DNA from: Bacillota bacterium
Lineage (GTDB): Bacteria; Sysuimicrobiota; Sysuimicrobiia; Sysuimicrobiales; Segetimicrobiaceae
Direction: 5' to 3'
Assembly (NCBI GenBank): GCA_021324295.1
Contig: JAJPJJ010000032.1
Location: 12,919-76,918, forward strand
DNA length: 64,000 nt
Shown: one piece after another, positions 28,552 through 37,893 of the stretch
Numbering within the stretch: position 1 is the stretch's first letter
Layout: each line of letters starts with the position of its first letter
The notes under the pieces: generated by a model
Databases searched by the model: none
What the model was told of the DNA's origin: nothing
The model's input: the letters and a program-made list of their open reading frames with translations, nothing else
Made by a program: the position numbers and the translations under genes

Positions 28552-28600
28552 GGTGGCCTCCTGCGCCCGGCCCGATCCCTGCGATCGGGGGGCGACCGCA

Positions 28601-29617
28601 CTACCGGGCTCCACCCGGTGCGCCGTCGTATGGCAGCCCGGCGAGCTCCCGCAGCGCGCGCTCGACGTAGACGCGCGCCATCCGCTTGCGGTAACCGATC
28701 GTGAGGTCCGCGTTGTCGAGCGGCTTGGCGGGCTCGGAGGCCGCCTGGGCGACGCGCCCGATGAGGTCGGCGGTGAGGCGCTGTCCCATCACGAGGCCGG
28801 CGGCGCGGGTGGCGACGACCGGGCGGGACGCCACGGCGCCGAGGACGATCCGCGCGTCCTCGATCACGCCGCCCGGCCCCGACCGCAGGGCCACGGCCAC
28901 GCCCAGGATCGGGAAGTCGAACGAGCCCCGGCGGCGGAGCTTCCAGTAGGTCGACCGCCAGCCGTCGGCGGGCGGTAGGATGACATCGACGAGGATTTCG
29001 TCCGGCGCCTTGCTCAGGTAGCGCATCCCGTCGTCGCGGTAGAGATCGGCCGCGGAGACGACGCGCTCTCCCCCGGCGCCCACCAGGCGCACCCGCGCGC
29101 CGAGCGCGATCGCGGCTGGCGCCGCGTCCGTGGAGGACAGCGCCCAGCACCGGGGGCTGCCGGGGGCGACGAGGCAGATGTCGCCGTCCTTCTTCATGCA
29201 GAACCCGATCGATTTCCGCCAGTGATAGGTCTGGTTGTAGTAGTTGCACCGGGTATCGAGGCACAGGTTGCCGCCGAGGGTGCCCATGTTCCGCAGCGGA
29301 GGCGTGCTCACCGCGCCCGCCGCGAGCGCGAGCGCCCGGTAGCCCTCGGCGACGGCCGGGTGAGAGGCGACCTGCGCGAGCGTGGCGCAGGCTCCGATCG
29401 CCAGCCCCTGCGCCGGCGTCCCCGAGATCCGGCCGAGGTCGCGGATCCCGCGCAGCCCGACGAGCACCTTGGGCTCGAACTGCCGGCGCTTCATGTTGGG
29501 ATAGAGGTCCGTCCCGCCGGCCACGAGCATCCCTTCGGGACCGGCCTCCCCGATCTGCCCGACGGCCTGCTCTAGGGTGCGCGGGGCCAGGTAGGTGAAC
29601 GGGGGGAGGCGGAGCAT
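28601..29617 (-). CDS. Mo-hydroxylase FAD-binding medium subunit (CoxM/XdhB-like)
   Basis: MLRLPPFTYLAPRTLEQAV…MLVAGGTDLYPNMK…MGTLGGNLCL is a molybdopterin-dehydrogenase FAD-binding domain. Confidence 0.8.
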   Translation of the reverse strand: MLRLPPFTYLAPRTLEQAVGQIGEAGPEGMLVAGGTDLYPNMKRRQFEPKVLVGLRGIRDLGRISGTPAQGLAIGACATLAQVASHPAVAEGYRALALAAGAVSTPPLRNMGTLGGNLCLDTRCNYYNQTYHWRKSIGFCMKKDGDICLVAPGSPRCWALSSTDAAPAAIALGARVRLVGAGGERVVSAADLYRDDGMRYLSKAPDEILVDVILPPADGWRSTYWKLRRRGSFDFPILGVAVALRSGPGGVIEDARIVLGAVASRPVVATRAAGLVMGQRLTADLIGRVAQAASEPAKPLDNADLTIGYRKRMARVYVERALRELAGLPYDGAPGGAR

Positions 29618-29684
29618 CAGGCGCGCCTGTCCCGCTGCCGTCGCGGCACGTGCGCCCCGGCGACGGCGCCTAGCCGCCGCGCCA

Positions 29685-32186
29685 TCACGGTTCCTCCGGC
29701 GCCTCGCGATCGCGCGGCCGCGCGTCGCTCGGCGCCGTGCCGGTGGGCAGGTCGTCCGGCAGTCCCGGCGCGCCGCCGGCGACCGGCAGCCCCCGGCGCC
29801 ACGGCACGCTCCAGCCCGCGGGCGGCTCGACCTTGATGGGATCGCGGAACCGGAACGGCGGGACCCGCCGGGGTCCCACCCGTCCCACGCCGCCCCGGGC
29901 CGCCTGGTCCAGCGCGGCCAGCACCTTGTCGGGCGTGATCGGCACCTCGTCGATCCGCACGCCGACCGCGTCGTACACGGCGTTCGCGACCGCCGGGATC
30001 ACCGGCAGGAGCGGTCCCTGGCCGGCCTCCTTCGCGCCGAACGGTCCCTCGGGATCGTCGGTCACCACCAGGATCGTCTCCACCGGCGGCATCTCGAGGA
30101 ACGTCGGGCTCTTGTACTCCAGCATCGACGGGATCTTGTGGAGCCCCTTGCGGAAGACCTGCTCTTCCATCAAGGCCTCGCCGAGCGCCATGTAGACGCT
30201 GCCCTCGATCTGGCCGATCACGAGCGTCTCGTTGATCGCGCGGCCGATGTCGTGGGCGATCCAGACCCGCTGCGGCCGGACCTCCCCGGTCGCCGGGTCC
30301 ACGGCGACCTCGACGACGGCGGCGGAGAACGAGTACGCCGGGGACGGGCCGACGCCGGACCCCTTGTAGGGTCCGGCGAGCCTGGGCGGCCGGTACGAGC
30401 CGACGGTCACGAGCGTGCCGAACCTCGCCTCGGCCAGCGCCGCCGCCTCCGGGAACGTCACGCCGCGCTCCGGTTGCGCCGCGGCGTGGATGCGGTGGTC
30501 GCCGACGACCAGGCCGTCGGGCTCCACCTCGAGGTGCGCGGAGGCGGCCGCGACGAGCAACTCGCGCATCTTCCGCGCGGCCTCGAGCGCCGCGTTGCCG
30601 GCCATGAAGGTGACCCTGCTGCTGTACGACCCGAGATCGATCGGGGTCAGGTCCGTGTCCGCGGTCACGAGGCCGATCTCCGAGGGGGCGAGGCCCAGCA
30701 CCTCCGCGACGATGCCGGCGAGCACCGAGTCGCTGCCCTGCCCGATGTCGATCGCCCCGCAGGACACCAGCACGCCGCCGCCCCGGTCCACGCGGATCTG
30801 CACCTCGCTGTGCGGCATGTCGTTCCAATAGATCGGGAGCCCCGCGCCGCTCAGGTACGTGCTGACCGCGAGGCCCACGCCGCGGCCGAACGGCAGGCGC
30901 CGGTGCTTCGCGCGAAAGCCGCTCGCCTCCGCCACGCGCTCGATGCACTCCCGCAGCCCGTTGCTCGTGATGCGGAGGTGGTTCACGGTGCGGGTGAACG
31001 GCTCGGTGGCGTTGGCGAGGCGGATCGCGACCGGATCCAGGCCGAGGTCCTCCGCGAGCTTGTCCATCTGTGCCTCGATCGCGAACCGGGGCTGCGGCGT
31101 CCCGTGGCCGCGCTTGGGCCCGCACGGCGGCTTGTTCGTCCACAGGCGCGTGCCCTCGAACTTGTACGCCGGGATCTTGTACGTGACCGTCTGCAGCGCG
31201 CCGGTGTAGTACGTCGTCGCGATGCCGTAGGAGCCGTACGCGCCGCCGTCGAGGAACGTCTTGATGTGGCACGCCGTGATCCGGCCGTCGCGCCGCACCC
31301 CTGTCCGGAGCCACATCAACACCGGGTGACGGCCCCGGTGGGCGTAGAATACCTCCTCGCGCGTGAGCGTGATCTTCACCGGGCGGCCCGTCGCCACCGC
31401 GAGCTTGGCCGCGCAGAGCTCGTGGCTAAACGGGTCGCTCTTGCCGCCGAACCCGCCGCCGACCGGCGTCGCGATCACGCGGATCCGGCTCATCGGCAGG
31501 CCGAGCACCTTGGCGAGCGCGCGGTGGACGTAGTGCGGCGTCTGCGAGGACGTCCAGAGCGTGAGCCGGCCGGCCGCGTCGTACTGCGCCACCGCGCTGT
31601 GCTGCTCCATCGGCAGGTGCGTGTTGCCCTGGAAGAAGAACACGTCCTCGCGGATGTGGTCGGCCTGCGCAAACCCCTGCGCGACGTCGCCGAATTCGAG
31701 GGAGACGTTCTTGTGGACGTTGGGGACCGGGCCGTCGCCGTGCTCCTGCACCCGGACGGACGTCTCGGCGACCGCCTCCTCGATCGACATGACCGGCGCG
31801 AGCGGCTCGTACTCGACCTCGATCGCCTCGCACGCGCGCTCCGCGGTCTCCTCGTCCAGCGCCGCCACGGCGGCGATCGGGTCACCGACGTACCGCACTT
31901 TCTCCAGGCACAGCGCCTCCTCGTCCTGGCTGGTCGGCATGATCCCGAACCGGACCGGCAGATCGCGCCCGGTGATCACGGCGTGCACCCCGGGCAGGGC
32001 GCGTGCGCGGGAGGTGTCCAGGCGGACGATCCGGGCGTGCGGCAGGTGGCTGCGCAGCAGCTTGCCGTAGAGCATCCGCGGCAGGACGAGGTCGTCCGCG
32101 TACCGCGCCTCCCCGGTCGTCTTCCCGGGGCCATCGACCCTGGCCCAGGGCCTGCCGATGAACCGCGGACCGCCGCCGGCGGTCAC
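29685..32186 (-). CDS. Xanthine-dehydrogenase / aldehyde-oxidase-family molybdopterin-binding large subunit (CoxL-like)
   Basis: GTG 32186..32184 verified in sequence, overlapping the coxS stop as GTGA. Blocks …GEARYADDLVLPRMLYGKLLRSHLPHARI… (a/b hammerhead) and …ATPVGGGFGGK… (Mo-cofactor binding). The upstream 180 aa of the track ORF is low complexity. Confidence 0.85.
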   Translation of the reverse strand: MTAGGGPRFIGRPWARVDGPGKTTGEARYADDLVLPRMLYGKLLRSHLPHARIVRLDTSRARALPGVHAVITGRDLPVRFGIMPTSQDEEALCLEKVRYVGDPIAAVAALDEETAERACEAIEVEYEPLAPVMSIEEAVAETSVRVQEHGDGPVPNVHKNVSLEFGDVAQGFAQADHIREDVFFFQGNTHLPMEQHSAVAQYDAAGRLTLWTSSQTPHYVHRALAKVLGLPMSRIRVIATPVGGGFGGKSDPFSHELCAAKLAVATGRPVKITLTREEVFYAHRGRHPVLMWLRTGVRRDGRITACHIKTFLDGGAYGSYGIATTYYTGALQTVTYKIPAYKFEGTRLWTNKPPCGPKRGHGTPQPRFAIEAQMDKLAEDLGLDPVAIRLANATEPFTRTVNHLRITSNGLRECIERVAEASGFRAKHRRLPFGRGVGLAVSTYLSGAGLPIYWNDMPHSEVQIRVDRGGGVLVSCGAIDIGQGSDSVLAGIVAEVLGLAPSEIGLVTADTDLTPIDLGSYSSRVTFMAGNAALEAARKMRELLVAAASAHLEVEPDGLVVGDHRIHAAAQPERGVTFPEAAALAEARFGTLVTVGSYRPPRLAGPYKGSGVGPSPAYSFSAAVVEVAVDPATGEVRPQRVWIAHDIGRAINETLVIGQIEGSVYMALGEALMEEQVFRKGLHKIPSMLEYKSPTFLEMPPVETILVVTDDPEGPFGAKEAGQGPLLPVIPAVANAVYDAVGVRIDEVPITPDKVLAALDQAARGGVGRVGPRRVPPFRFRDPIKVEPPAGWSVPWRRGLPVAGGAPGLPDDLPTGTAPSDARPRDREAPEEP

Positions 32187-32725
32187 GATGCCCCTCCTGA
32201 ACGCTGGGGCACGCGCGCGGCCGGGGGCCCGCCGTCCCCCGTCGGCTGGGGGGCGTCGCCCCGCGCCCGCGCGGCGGCCAGCTCGACCGCCTCGAGGATC
32301 TTGAGGTAGCCGGTGCACCGGCAGAGGTTGCCCGCAAGCCACGCCGACACGTCCTCGCGCGCGGGCGCGGGGTTCCGGTCCAGCAGCGCCTTGGCCGCGA
32401 GCAGCATCCCCGGCGTGCAGTACCCGCACTGCGCCGCCCCCAGCTCGGTGAACGCCACCTGCAGCGGGTGCAGCTCGCCGCCCCGCGCAAGGCCCTCGAT
32501 CGTGGTGATCTCGCGGTCCTGCACCTCCACGGGCAGGGTCAGGCAGCTCAGCACCGGCGTCCCGTCGACGAGCACCGTGCAGGTGCCGCACTCCCCGAGC
32601 TCGCACCCGTGCTTGGTCCCCGTAAGGCCCAGGTCTTCCCGGAGGACCTCGAGGAGCGTCTTGTGGACCGGGGCGATGACGTCGCGGGCCTCCCCGTTGA
32701 TGCGAAGCGTGAGGGCCACCTTCAT
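32183..32725 (-). CDS. (2Fe-2S)-binding small subunit of the Mo-hydroxylase (CoxS-like)
   Basis: ATG 32725..32723 verified in sequence. MKVALTLRINGE…, plant-type ferredoxin cysteines (CELGECGTCTV) and a second cluster (CGYCTPGM…NLCRCTGY). Confidence 0.85.
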   Translation of the reverse strand: MKVALTLRINGEARDVIAPVHKTLLEVLREDLGLTGTKHGCELGECGTCTVLVDGTPVLSCLTLPVEVQDREITTIEGLARGGELHPLQVAFTELGAAQCGYCTPGMLLAAKALLDRNPAPAREDVSAWLAGNLCRCTGYLKILEAVELAAARARGDAPQPTGDGGPPAARVPQRSGGAS

Positions 32726-32883
32726 GCACGTCGCCTCCCCGTCGCCCGCCCCACCCGTGGCGTGCGGCCGCGATCGGCGCCGGCCGCCCGGCACAGGGTA
32801 AGTACGCCGCCTGCCCGCAGGAGTCCCCTCCCCCCCACGAAAGTAGTCTGCGAGGCGCTGTCTACACGAGGAGGGATCGGACC

Positions 32884-33399
32884 GTGACGAGCACCCGAGC
32901 CGCACGGAGCAACAGGGCGGTCCGCGGCGACAAGGCCCTGCGCGAGGACCTGCTGCAGCTGCTGGGCGGGCGCGGCGCGCACGTGGACTTTGGGCGCGCG
33001 GTCGCCGGCCTCGACGAGAAGCTGAGGGGAACGAGGCCGAGAGGGCTCCCGTATTCGCCCTGGCAGCAGGTCGAGCACATGCGCATCTGCCAGTGGGACA
33101 TCCTGGACTACATCCGCAACCCCCACTACGTCGAGCGCCGGTGGCCGGACGAGTACTGGCCCGCGCCGGCGCCCCCGAGCCCGGACGCGTGGGACAAGAG
33201 CGTCAAGGCGTTCCGGGCCGACCTCAAGGCGCTGCAGGAGATGGTGGCGGACCCGGCGACGGATCTGCTGGCACCGGTGGCCTCCGACGGGAACGGGCCG
33301 ACGATCCTGCACGAGATCCTGCTCGTGGCCGACCACAACGCCTACCACCTCGGGCAGCTCATCGTGCTGCGCCGGCTGCTCGGCGCCTGGCAGGACTGA
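32884..33399 (+). CDS. DinB/YfiT-like (DinB_2) family protein
   Basis: 171 aa. A four-helix metal-binding pattern and …LLVADHNAYHLGQLIVLRRLLGAW near the C-terminus are typical of DinB-family proteins. Confidence 0.65.
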   Translation: MTSTRAARSNRAVRGDKALREDLLQLLGGRGAHVDFGRAVAGLDEKLRGTRPRGLPYSPWQQVEHMRICQWDILDYIRNPHYVERRWPDEYWPAPAPPSPDAWDKSVKAFRADLKALQEMVADPATDLLAPVASDGNGPTILHEILLVADHNAYHLGQLIVLRRLLGAWQD

Positions 33400-33674
33400 T
33401 CCGAAAGTGCCGCGCGTGGGCGCGGCAGCCACGCGCATCGCGACGAGGCCAAGCGGCCGTGGAGCCGAAGTGGGCGGCATCGGCCGCCCCGGGGGGCCGG
33501 GGCCTGGAACCGCGCACCACGACGTCGGAAGACGGCAGTGGAGCCGAGGCGCCCTCGATCGGCGCGGGGGCTTGCCGAAGAGGGTTTTGCGCCGGGCCCG
33601 CCTAACCCCGAAGGGGGTTCTGGGGTAAGGGATGCCGTCCCGCGCCGCAGAACACCCCCGAGGACGGTGACCAC

Positions 33675-35273
33675 GTGGCGCACGCGATCGCCAGCCGGCG
33701 CGCGATCCTGCCCCGGGGCGTGAGCCCGCGCACGTTCGCGCGGGCGATCCGCGAGTTCACCGAGATCGTCGGCGGCCGGAACGTCTCGGTCTCGCCCGCC
33801 GAGCTCGTCCCGTACGCGCACGACGTGATCATGGTGCCCCCGATCTGGCCGTCCGCGGTCGTCCGGCCCGGCTCGGTCGAGGAGATCCAGCGCATCGTCC
33901 GGGTCGCCGGCGCGCTCCGGATCCCGCTCTGGCCGCTCAGCACCGGGAAGAACATCGCCTACGGCCGGATGATGGCCGTGGATCCGGGCAACGTGATCGT
34001 GGACCTCGCGCGGATGAACCGGATCCTCGAGGTCAACGAGCAGCTCGCGTACGCGGTCGTCGAGCCGGGCGTCACCTACGCCCAGCTCTACAAGCACCTG
34101 CGCGACCGGAACCTCCCGCTGTGGCTGGACCCGCCGGCGACCGCGCCGGGCGCCGGCCCGCTTGGCAACACCGTCGAGCGCGGGGTCGGGTACACGCCGT
34201 ACGGCGAGCACTTCCTCTTCTCGTGCGGGATGTAGGTCGTGCTCCCGGACGGCCGGCTGCTGCGCACCGGCTCCGGCGCGCTGCCGGGGTCGCGGACGTG
34301 GCACATCTTCAAGTGGGGGTTCGGCCCGTACCTCGACGGGCTGTTCACGGCCAGCAACTACGGCATCGTGACGAAGCTCGGGATCTGGCTGATGCCGGAG
34401 CCGCCCGCCCACCAGCCGATCCTGATGACGTGCCCGCGGGAAGACGACATCGTGGCGATCATGGACGTCCTGCGTCCGCTCAAGATCTCCCACACGCTGC
34501 CCAGCGCGGTCGTCGTCGCGCACGCGCTGCTCGCGCTCGCCGCGGAGGCGGAGTACCCGTGGCACCTCACCGGCGGCACACGGCCCGTCCCCGATGGCTG
34601 GATCCGCGAGGAGGCGCGGAAGCGGATGCTCGGGATCTGGAACATCGCCGGGTGCGTCTACGGTTCGCCGGCGACCGTCGCGGAGACCGCCGCCGCCGTG
34701 CGCCGCACGGTGGCCGCCGCCCTGCCGCAGGCCACGGTGCTGGATGTCGAGGAGGCGCGCCAGAGTCCGTACTGGGACCACAAGGTCCGCAACATGACCG
34801 GGGTCCCGTCGATGGTCGAATACAGCCGGCTGTCGTGGCGTGGCGGCGGCAACGCGTTCGTCGCGCCGGTGGTCCCCCTCTTCGGCGAGGAGGCACGCCG
34901 GCACATGGAGATCGCCCGGCCGATCTTCTGGAGGCACGGGTTCGACTACATCGGCGAGTTCATCGCGGCGACGCGGGATCAGCACCACGTGATGATGCTG
35001 CTGCACAAGCAGCCGGACGAGATGGAGCGCGCGATGCGGTGCTACCGGGAGCTGACCGACGCGTTCTGCGACGAGGGCTACCTCCCCTATCGCACCAACG
35101 TCGCGTTCATGGAGCACACGATGAGCCGGCTGGACCCCGTGTTCCGGGACGTCTGCGTGCGGATCAAGCGGGCGCTCGACCCGCACGGGATCCTGGCGCC
35201 CGGCAAGAACGGGATCCGGGTGGACGGCGCGCCGGCGCCGCGCAGCCGCCGCCGGCGGGGCGGGACGCGATGA
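33675..35273 (+). pseudogene. VAO/PCMH-family FAD-linked oxidase (vanillyl-alcohol oxidase / p-cresol methylhydroxylase type), interrupted by an in-frame TAG at 34233-34235
   Basis: Two same-frame ORFs (33675..34235 and 34239..35273). The N-terminal half is a VAO-like FAD-binding domain (…PLWPLSTGKNIAYG…VVEPGVTYAQLYKHL…[31 protein letters not shown]…). VAO has …[27 protein letters not shown] here, so the TAG replaces a conserved Glu (GAG). Confidence 0.6.
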
Positions 35274-36667
35274 GCCGCCGGCGGCCTGCCCGCGCGGGGA
35301 ACGGCCGACGCGCCGGCGGCGTGAGCGGGGCGGACCTCCGCCGGGAGATCGAGGCCAAGGGGATCAACCTGTTCGAGTGCTACACCTGCCGGCTCTGCAC
35401 CGAGGAGATGCAGCGCGGCATCCTGACGCTGACCGAGCCCTACCGCAAGGCGTTCGGGGAGGCCGAGTGGAGGCGCGACCTGTTCAACGAGCCGGTGTGC
35501 CCCACGTGGGACTACTACCGCCACGAAGCGTACACCGCCTACGGCCGGGCGCTCCTGGCCCGCGACCTGGCGGACGGCCTGGCGGTCGACCCGGCGGATC
35601 CCCGGCTGCGCGAGGTCGTGTACACCTGCCTGCTTTGCACCGGGTGCCAGGAGCTGTGCTTCTCCCGCAACCGCGTGCCGCTGATGAAGCCGTTCATGGA
35701 GCTGCCGCGCGAGGTCTGGGACATCCACGGGATCCTGCTGGCCGAGCGGAAGTGGCTGTTCGAGCGCCACGGCTGGGCCGCCGTGCCCGAGGGGCTGGCC
35801 GCGCTGGCGCAGCGGATCCTCCAGAGCGGCACCGCCACCGGCGAGCCGCGCCGCGGGGCGACGCGCTGGATCGAGGCCACCGGCAGCGAGGTCGTGGATC
35901 TCAGCCGCGCCGGGCGCGCCGACGTCCTCCTCCTGCTCGATGCGCAGGCGCCGTACGAGCGCGCGCTGTGGCCGGCGCTCGCCGCGATGGTGCGCCTGCT
36001 GCGCGCGGCGGGGCTGGTGGTGGGCGTGCTCGGCGCGGAGGAGATCGCCACCGGGCTCGCGGTGCTCGCGTGCGGCGACGTCCAGGACTACCTCCGGCTG
36101 AACCACGAGGCGGTCCGCCGCGTCGCGCAGGTCGCGGACCGCGCGGGGGTCGGATGCGTCGTCACGGTGGACGACACCGGGTACCTGGCGTGGACGGCGC
36201 CGGCCAAGCACTACGGGCTGGCCGGCGACCTCCCGTTTCCGTTCGCCCACGCCGTGCCGTTCCTCCACTCCCTGCTCGAGGAGGGCCGGGTGCCCCTCGT
36301 GCGGCCGGTCGAGATGGAGGTCGTGCTGCTCGACTCCTGCCACCTGGGACGGTACAGCAAAGTCCTCGACGCGCCGCGCCGGATCCTCGCCCGCGTGCCG
36401 GGCCTCCGCGTGCAGGAGGCGCACCTGCGGCGTGAGTACCTCTACTGCTGCGGCGCCGCGGCCGGGGTGCCGGAGGCCTATCCGGCGCAGGCCGCGTGGT
36501 GGGGCCGGAAGCGGCTGGGCCAGGCCCGGGAGGTCCTCCACACCGGGCGCACCGTGGTGACGACGTCGCTCGTCTGCGGCGCGCACCTGCGCCGGATCGC
36601 TGCGGGCACGGGCGATGCGCTCGAGGTGCGGGACCTCGCGGAGGTCGTGGCCGCGGCCCTGGCCTGA
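35270..36667 (+). CDS. Iron-sulfur protein with two 4Fe-4S motifs and two CCG domains (GlcF/HdrD/LldE-F-like)
   Basis: ATG 35270 overlaps the upstream TGA as ATGA. CYTCRLC…CP and CLLCTGCQELC ferredoxin-like motifs; CCG-type cysteine motifs …DSCHLGR… and …YLYCCGAAAG…. Confidence 0.75.
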   Translation: MSRRRPARAGNGRRAGGVSGADLRREIEAKGINLFECYTCRLCTEEMQRGILTLTEPYRKAFGEAEWRRDLFNEPVCPTWDYYRHEAYTAYGRALLARDLADGLAVDPADPRLREVVYTCLLCTGCQELCFSRNRVPLMKPFMELPREVWDIHGILLAERKWLFERHGWAAVPEGLAALAQRILQSGTATGEPRRGATRWIEATGSEVVDLSRAGRADVLLLLDAQAPYERALWPALAAMVRLLRAAGLVVGVLGAEEIATGLAVLACGDVQDYLRLNHEAVRRVAQVADRAGVGCVVTVDDTGYLAWTAPAKHYGLAGDLPFPFAHAVPFLHSLLEEGRVPLVRPVEMEVVLLDSCHLGRYSKVLDAPRRILARVPGLRVQEAHLRREYLYCCGAAAGVPEAYPAQAAWWGRKRLGQAREVLHTGRTVVTTSLVCGAHLRRIAAGTGDALEVRDLAEVVAAALA

Positions 36668-36678
36668 CGGGCGCACGT

Positions 36679-37869
36679 ATGTCGCAAAGGGGGGTGGTGA
36701 CCACGTTGCTGTCTGTGTCACGGAGGCTCGCCGGCATCGTCCTCGGGGTCGCCCTGGCCGCGGGGATCCTCGTGCCCGAACGCACCGTGCTCGGACAGGG
36801 AGCGCCGATCAAGATCGGCACGGTGTTCGCGGTGACCGGCCCGGCGAGCTCACTCGGCAAGCCGGAGAAGGATACGGCGACGATGCTCCAGGCGCAGCTC
36901 GCCGCCGCCGGCGGGGTGGGCGGCCGGCCGGTGCAGATCATCACCTACGACAGCGAGACGGATCCGACGAAGGCGCTGCTCCTCATGAAGAAGGCCGTCA
37001 CGGAGGACAACGTGACCGCGGTGGTCGGCGGGACGACGAGCCCGGAGTCGCAGGCGATGGCCGACTACGCGATGCAGGCGGACATCCCCTTCATGTCCGT
37101 GGCCGCGAGCACGACGCTCAGCGTCCCGAGCCGCGCGTGGGTGTTCCAGATGCCGCAGCGCAACAGCATCGCGGCCGCCAAGGCGGTCGAGTACCTCGCC
37201 GCCATCCACGCGCGGACGTTCGCGTTCCTCTATCGCAACGACGACTTCGGCCAGGACGGCCTCGTCGCGCTGCGGACGTACGGCGGGCAGCGCGGGATGG
37301 CGATCGTCGACGCGGAGCCGTTCGCGGCCACCGACACCGATCTGAGCGCTCAGGTCGCCCGCGCGCGGGTCAAGAACCCCGACGCGATGGTGGTCTGGAG
37401 CACGCCCCCGACCGCCTCGATTGCGGCCAAGGACATCCGGCAGCTCGGGATGCGGGTGCCGATCGTGGAGAGCCACGGCATCGCCAACAAGGCGTTCATC
37501 CAGCTCGCCGGCCCGGCCGCGGAGGGGGTCGTGTTCCCGTCGGGCAAGCTGCTCATCGCCGGCCAGCTCCCGGCGGACGACCCGCAGAAGGCGCTGCTCC
37601 TCCGCTACGCCAAGGATTTCGAGGCCGCGAACCACTACACGGCCAACACGTTCGGCGGCCACGCGTGGGACGGCCTCACGATGCTCCTCGACGCGATCCG
37701 GCACGTGGGCCCGGACAAGGCCCGGATCCGGGACTACGTGGAGCACGTGCGGGGGTTCATCGGCACGGGGGGCGTGTTCACCATGTCGCCGCAGGATCAC
37801 AACGGTCTGTCCACCCGCGACATGGCGCTCATCGTCATCCGGCACGGCGACTGGTCCCTCTGGAAGTAG
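36679..37869 (+). CDS. livK: Branched-chain amino-acid ABC transporter substrate-binding protein (LivK/LivJ-like)
   Basis: ATG 36679 verified in sequence. Signal peptide MSQRGVVTTLLSVSRRLAGIVLGVALAAG. Type-I PBP pattern …IKIGTVFAVTGPASSLGKPEKD…. Confidence 0.8.
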   Translation: MSQRGVVTTLLSVSRRLAGIVLGVALAAGILVPERTVLGQGAPIKIGTVFAVTGPASSLGKPEKDTATMLQAQLAAAGGVGGRPVQIITYDSETDPTKALLLMKKAVTEDNVTAVVGGTTSPESQAMADYAMQADIPFMSVAASTTLSVPSRAWVFQMPQRNSIAAAKAVEYLAAIHARTFAFLYRNDDFGQDGLVALRTYGGQRGMAIVDAEPFAATDTDLSAQVARARVKNPDAMVVWSTPPTASIAAKDIRQLGMRVPIVESHGIANKAFIQLAGPAAEGVVFPSGKLLIAGQLPADDPQKALLLRYAKDFEAANHYTANTFGGHAWDGLTMLLDAIRHVGPDKARIRDYVEHVRGFIGTGGVFTMSPQDHNGLSTRDMALIVIRHGDWSLWK

Positions 37870-37893
37870 CGGAGGAGGGTCCTCCGCCGCGCG

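Noticed and set aside
34233-34235. TAG read as a sense codon (pyrrolysine or genetic-code change)
   Set aside because: Other confident genes in the window terminate with TAG (for example 17679-17681 and 47645-47647) and no pyl genes are present. A nonsense mutation or sequencing error is the simpler explanation.
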